A stretch of 64,000 bases of DNA from a virus. Positions 60,878 through 64,000 of this stretch are shown here, one piece after another. The position numbers and the translations under genes were made by a program. Position 1 is the first letter of the stretch. Each line of letters opens with the position of its first letter. The stretch is taken from IMG/VR virus record IMGVR_UViG_3300014293_000001, positions 3,732-67,731 of that record; one strand, written 5' to 3'. The notes below the pieces were generated by a model that was not told the DNA's origin, did not search any database, and worked only from the letters and a program-made list of their open reading frames with translations.

Positions 60878-63800
60878 TTGGCTGAAGATTTCACAGTTGA
60901 ATTAACTGGTCAGGAAGCTGACAAGGCTTTACTAAGTTTAGTAAAAGCTGATATTGCCGATGCTGAGGCGTATCAACAATCCATTATTCAGCCTACTGTG
61001 CGTGAGCGTTACAATATCTATTACGCAGATAAAGAATATTATGCTCATAAATTCCCTATTTTAAGTAAAACTTCTTCTTTGGTATCTACAGATGTGGCAG
61101 ATACTATAGAATGGGCATTACCATCTTTGATGAAAGTATTTACTGGCTCTGATGAAGTAATTACTGTAGCTGGTGTTACAGAAGAAGATGACCAAAATGC
61201 AGAAGTTATGCAAAGCTTATTGGTATACCAATTACAAAGACAAAACAAATTCTTCCCTATCTTGTATAACTGGATGAAAGATGCTTTGATTACTGGTATG
61301 GGTATTATCAAATGCTATTGGGAGCGTACAGAAGGTTATACACCAGAAACAGCACAGCTTAATGCTGATGCATTAAAACTCTTAACACAAACTGGTGTAG
61401 AAATTACCAACGTAGAAGGACCTGATATAATGGGTGATTTCACTGTAACATGGAATTCTCCGTATTATATTAAGAATAGTCCTAAATTAGAAAACATATT
61501 AGTATCGGAGTTTTTATATTCTCCTGATGCTAAAAACCTCGAAGATGCGAATTTCGTAGCACACCGTAAAAAGGTTACTATGTCTCATCTTCGTCAAAAA
61601 GAGCGTGAAGGTATTTACGCAAATGTCGATATGGTTCACCCTGATAATGGTCCTGTATCTTGGATTACAGACCAAGTAGAAGATGTAATTGGAGACCACT
61701 ACACGCCATTACATAATAATCAACAAGATAAAGCTCGTGAAGAAGTTACGATTTATGAATGTTATACTAAAATTGACTTTAATAACGATGGTATTCTTGA
61801 AGATATGATTATTACTATTGCTGGTGATGTAATTCTTCGTGCAGAACCTAACTATATGGGTAGACACCCATTCTTTTCTATTTCTCCAACTAAAGACCCT
61901 CATCGTATTTGGGTTAAACGCTCTTATGCAGAGTTAATTGGGGAATTACAGGACATGAAAGTTGCCCTTACACGTCAAATTGTACAAAATATCGCCTTAA
62001 CTAATGACCCTAAAATGATTTTAGCAGAAGATAGTATTAATATCTCTGACTATATTGAAGGTCGTAAAGTTATTCGTAAAAAACCGGGGTCTAATATGGG
62101 TGATGTAGCGATGCCAATGCCAGTCAACCAATTATCTCCTCAAACATTCCAATTCTTGGAGTATTTAGAAGGTCAAAAAGAAAATCGCACTGGTATTACA
62201 CGGTATAACCAAGGTCTTGATGCTAATAGTCTTAATAAAATGTGTGATATTCACCATATGATACCTTTAGCTAATGGCAAATTTAAAGAATTAAAAGACA
62301 TTGTAGACGGCGATATTCTCGTAGGTCAAAATGGTCAACCAACCACTGTTATCAAGGCACATGAAATTCAGCTTCCTAAAAAAGCATATGAATTAAAATT
62401 CTCTAATGGAGAAGTAATTCGTGCTGGTGGCGAACATTTATGGACAATCCAAAACCAACGTGGCACTAGAAAAACGGTTGATACAGACCATATCTTCAAT
62501 TATATGTCAAAATATAAAGAGAGAGTCTACATTGACCGTGTTCAAAAACCTTTATCAGGTTTAGATAAAGATTTGCCATTGGACCCATACTTCTTAGGAT
62601 TATGGCTAGGCGATGGTGGTAGTTGGCAAAACGTATTCTGTTCAGAAGACGAAGAAATTATCGAATATGTAAACAATTGGACTATTGAACATGGTGGCTA
62701 TCTTGAAAAAACTAAACACCAAAATTCTGGTAAGGCAGTAACATATCGCATTAAAGATACAGATTTGACTGATATTTGTATTGATTTGGGTATTCGTAAG
62801 TCATATAGTGAAAATAGTGGCGTTAAACACATCCCAGAAATCTATTTTGAAGCAAGTTACGAACAACGCTTAGAATTACTTCGTGGTTTAATGGACACAG
62901 ATGGCTGTCATCATAGTGGTGGGTTCTGTATCTTTACTCAAAAAGAAGGTCAATTATGTGATGATGTAGTTAGATTAGCGAAATCACTTGGTTGGGACGT
63001 AACAGTTACAGAAACAAACCCCGGAAAACTTGCTAAACCTAATACTAAATATTACAATATTGGTATTTCTGCGTTAGATAATCCGTTCAAACTAGCTAAA
63101 AAAGCTAAAAAATGGAAACGTCAAACTAGAATGGTTAATAAAGTTCGCATTGTTTCTATTACTGAAATTGAACCTATCCCAATGCGTTGTTTAACAGTAG
63201 ATGCTCCAGATGGTCAATTTTGTATTGAATATACCTATACCGTGACTCACAATACTGCGACTGGCATATCAGCTATTTTAGGGCAAAGTGCACAACGGCT
63301 AGAATTAGTGGCTCGTATGTTTGCGGAGACAGGAATATCGGAACTGTTTCGTTTCATGGTTAGCCTCAATCAAAAATTTGTAGACCAAGACACCGTGATT
63401 AGGCTAACGAATAAACAGTTACGTATTAGTCCTGACGACCTTAATGGTAATTTTGACTTAGTGGTCAATGCTGGTATTAGTATTTCTACTAAAGAATCTA
63501 CCATTATGACATTGCAAACCATGCTTACGGCATTAATGCAAACACAAGCAGCTGGTATTCCTATCGTAACACCACAAAACATTTACAATCTGTTTAAAAA
63601 ATGGATTGAAAGTGCTGGCTTTAAAAACTACAACGATTATGTTACAGACCCAGCAGTTGTACAACAACGTGCAATTATGGATATGCAGCTTAAACAACAA
63701 GTGTTAAGTAGCTTACCACCTGAAGCATTGCAATCGTACATGACATTTGGTGTATTACCACCTCAATATTTATTGATGTTACCACCTGAATTACAATTAT

Positions 63801-64000
63801 TATTTGGAGGCGAAGGCAATGGCTCGGAACAAAGCGGATTATTCAACACTGTCCAAAATAACGGACAACCTGCAAGCGGAAATGCAGGAACGGGATTTAG
63901 CTTCGGCGGTGCAAACCTTGCTCAAGGACTGGTTGGAGGCGTATCAAGGGTTGATAATCAATCGCCTCAAAACGTGCCCCGTCAAGGAAATGGAGCACCA
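60878..64000 (+). CDS. portal protein (T7-type head-to-tail connector family), intein-interrupted, 3' end outside the window
   Basis: Not in the ORF track because there is no stop in the window. TTG 60878 sits 11 nt after GGAGGT. The open frame reaches 64000. 'GQKENRTGITRYNQGLD' precedes the intein and '..TATGISAILGQSAQRLELVARMFAETG' follows it. Confidence 0.7.
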   Translation, partial: MAEDFTVELTGQEADKALLSLVKADIADAEAYQQSIIQPTVRERYNIYYADKEYYAHKFPILSKTSSLVSTDVADTIEWALPSLMKVFTGSDEVITVAGVTEEDDQNAEVMQSLLVYQLQRQNKFFPILYNWMKDALITGMGIIKCYWERTEGYTPETAQLNADALKLLTQTGVEITNVEGPDIMGDFTVTWNSPYYIKNSPKLENILVSEFLYSPDAKNLEDANFVAHRKKVTMSHLRQKEREGIYANVDMVHPDNGPVSWITDQVEDVIGDHYTPLHNNQQDKAREEVTIYECYTKIDFNNDGILEDMIITIAGDVILRAEPNYMGRHPFFSISPTKDPHRIWVKRSYAELIGELQDMKVALTRQIVQNIALTNDPKMILAEDSINISDYIEGRKVIRKKPGSNMGDVAMPMPVNQLSPQTFQFLEYLEGQKENRTGITRYNQGLDANSLNKMCDIHHMIPLANGKFKELKDIVDGDILVGQNGQPTTVIKAHEIQLPKKAYELKFSNGEVIRAGGEHLWTIQNQRGTRKTVDTDHIFNYMSKYKERVYIDRVQKPLSGLDKDLPLDPYFLGLWLGDGGSWQNVFCSEDEEIIEYVNNWTIEHGGYLEKTKHQNSGKAVTYRIKDTDLTDICIDLGIRKSYSENSGVKHIPEIYFEASYEQRLELLRGLMDTDGCHHSGGFCIFTQKEGQLCDDVVRLAKSLGWDVTVTETNPGKLAKPNTKYYNIGISALDNPFKLAKKAKKWKRQTRMVNKVRIVSITEIEPIPMRCLTVDAPDGQFCIEYTYTVTHNTATGISAILGQSAQRLELVARMFAETGISELFRFMVSLNQKFVDQDTVIRLTNKQLRISPDDLNGNFDLVVNAGISISTKESTIMTLQTMLTALMQTQAAGIPIVTPQNIYNLFKKWIESAGFKNYNDYVTDPAVVQQRAIMDMQLKQQVLSSLPPEALQSYMTFGVLPPQYLLMLPPELQLLFGGEGNGSEQSGLFNTVQNNGQPASGNAGTGFSFGGANLAQGLVGGVSRVDNQSPQNVPRQGNGAP
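62243..63253 (+). mobile_element. 337-aa intein with a LAGLIDADG homing endonuclease in the portal gene
   Basis: Starts 'CDIHHMIPLANG'; 'LGLWLGDGG' and 'LRGLMDTDG'; ends 'YTVTHN' followed by Thr. Confidence 0.75.

Overview
The window is most of the genome of a tailed dsDNA phage. The host looks like a low-GC Gram-positive bacterium: AGGAGG-type Shine-Dalgarno sites, TTGACA/TATAAT-type promoters, an AT-rich background and tightly packed, translationally coupled genes. I saw no integrase, repressor, tRNA, rRNA or CRISPR array.

Layout:
(1) 1-23.3 kb (+): virion genes. These include three adaptor-like paralogs, a fibre with a 10-aa repeat, a collagen-like fibre, a protein ending in a Hint domain, a lysozyme-domain protein, a 2800-aa giant protein with an HExxH motif, an amidase endolysin and a membrane protein.
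(2) 23.3-24.6 kb (+): three tandem promoters drive a 64-aa Cys-rich basic ORF. It is followed by about 0.85 kb with no credible ORF, many hairpins and a clean terminator. This is a candidate large structured RNA.
(3) 24.6-45.3 kb (+): replication, recombination and nucleotide metabolism. Genes include a Pol III alpha-like polymerase, a Rad52-like annealing protein, a wHTH protein, a DnaG-DnaB primase-helicase, a Cas4-like nuclease, a resolvase-like nuclease, an intein-containing ribonucleotide reductase, a macro-domain protein, ThyX, SSB, dUTPase, a metallophosphoesterase, a RemA-like protein and a terS-like protein.
(4) 45.3-57.0 kb (-): an early-looking block of about 35 small genes. It includes a 13-member tandem paralog array and a coupled amidoligase / GATase-like / SNF2 operon.
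(5) 57.0-59.4 kb: mostly non-coding. It holds a GC-rich island, a ~0.9 kb AT-rich array of ATTGTA..TACAAT inverted repeats with embedded terminators, one isolated gene, a G-rich hairpin and a polypyrimidine tract.
(6) 59.4-64.0 kb (+): large terminase and a T7-type portal that is interrupted by an intein and runs off the window.

All functional calls come from motifs read by eye in the ORF translations. No database search or RNA folding was possible.
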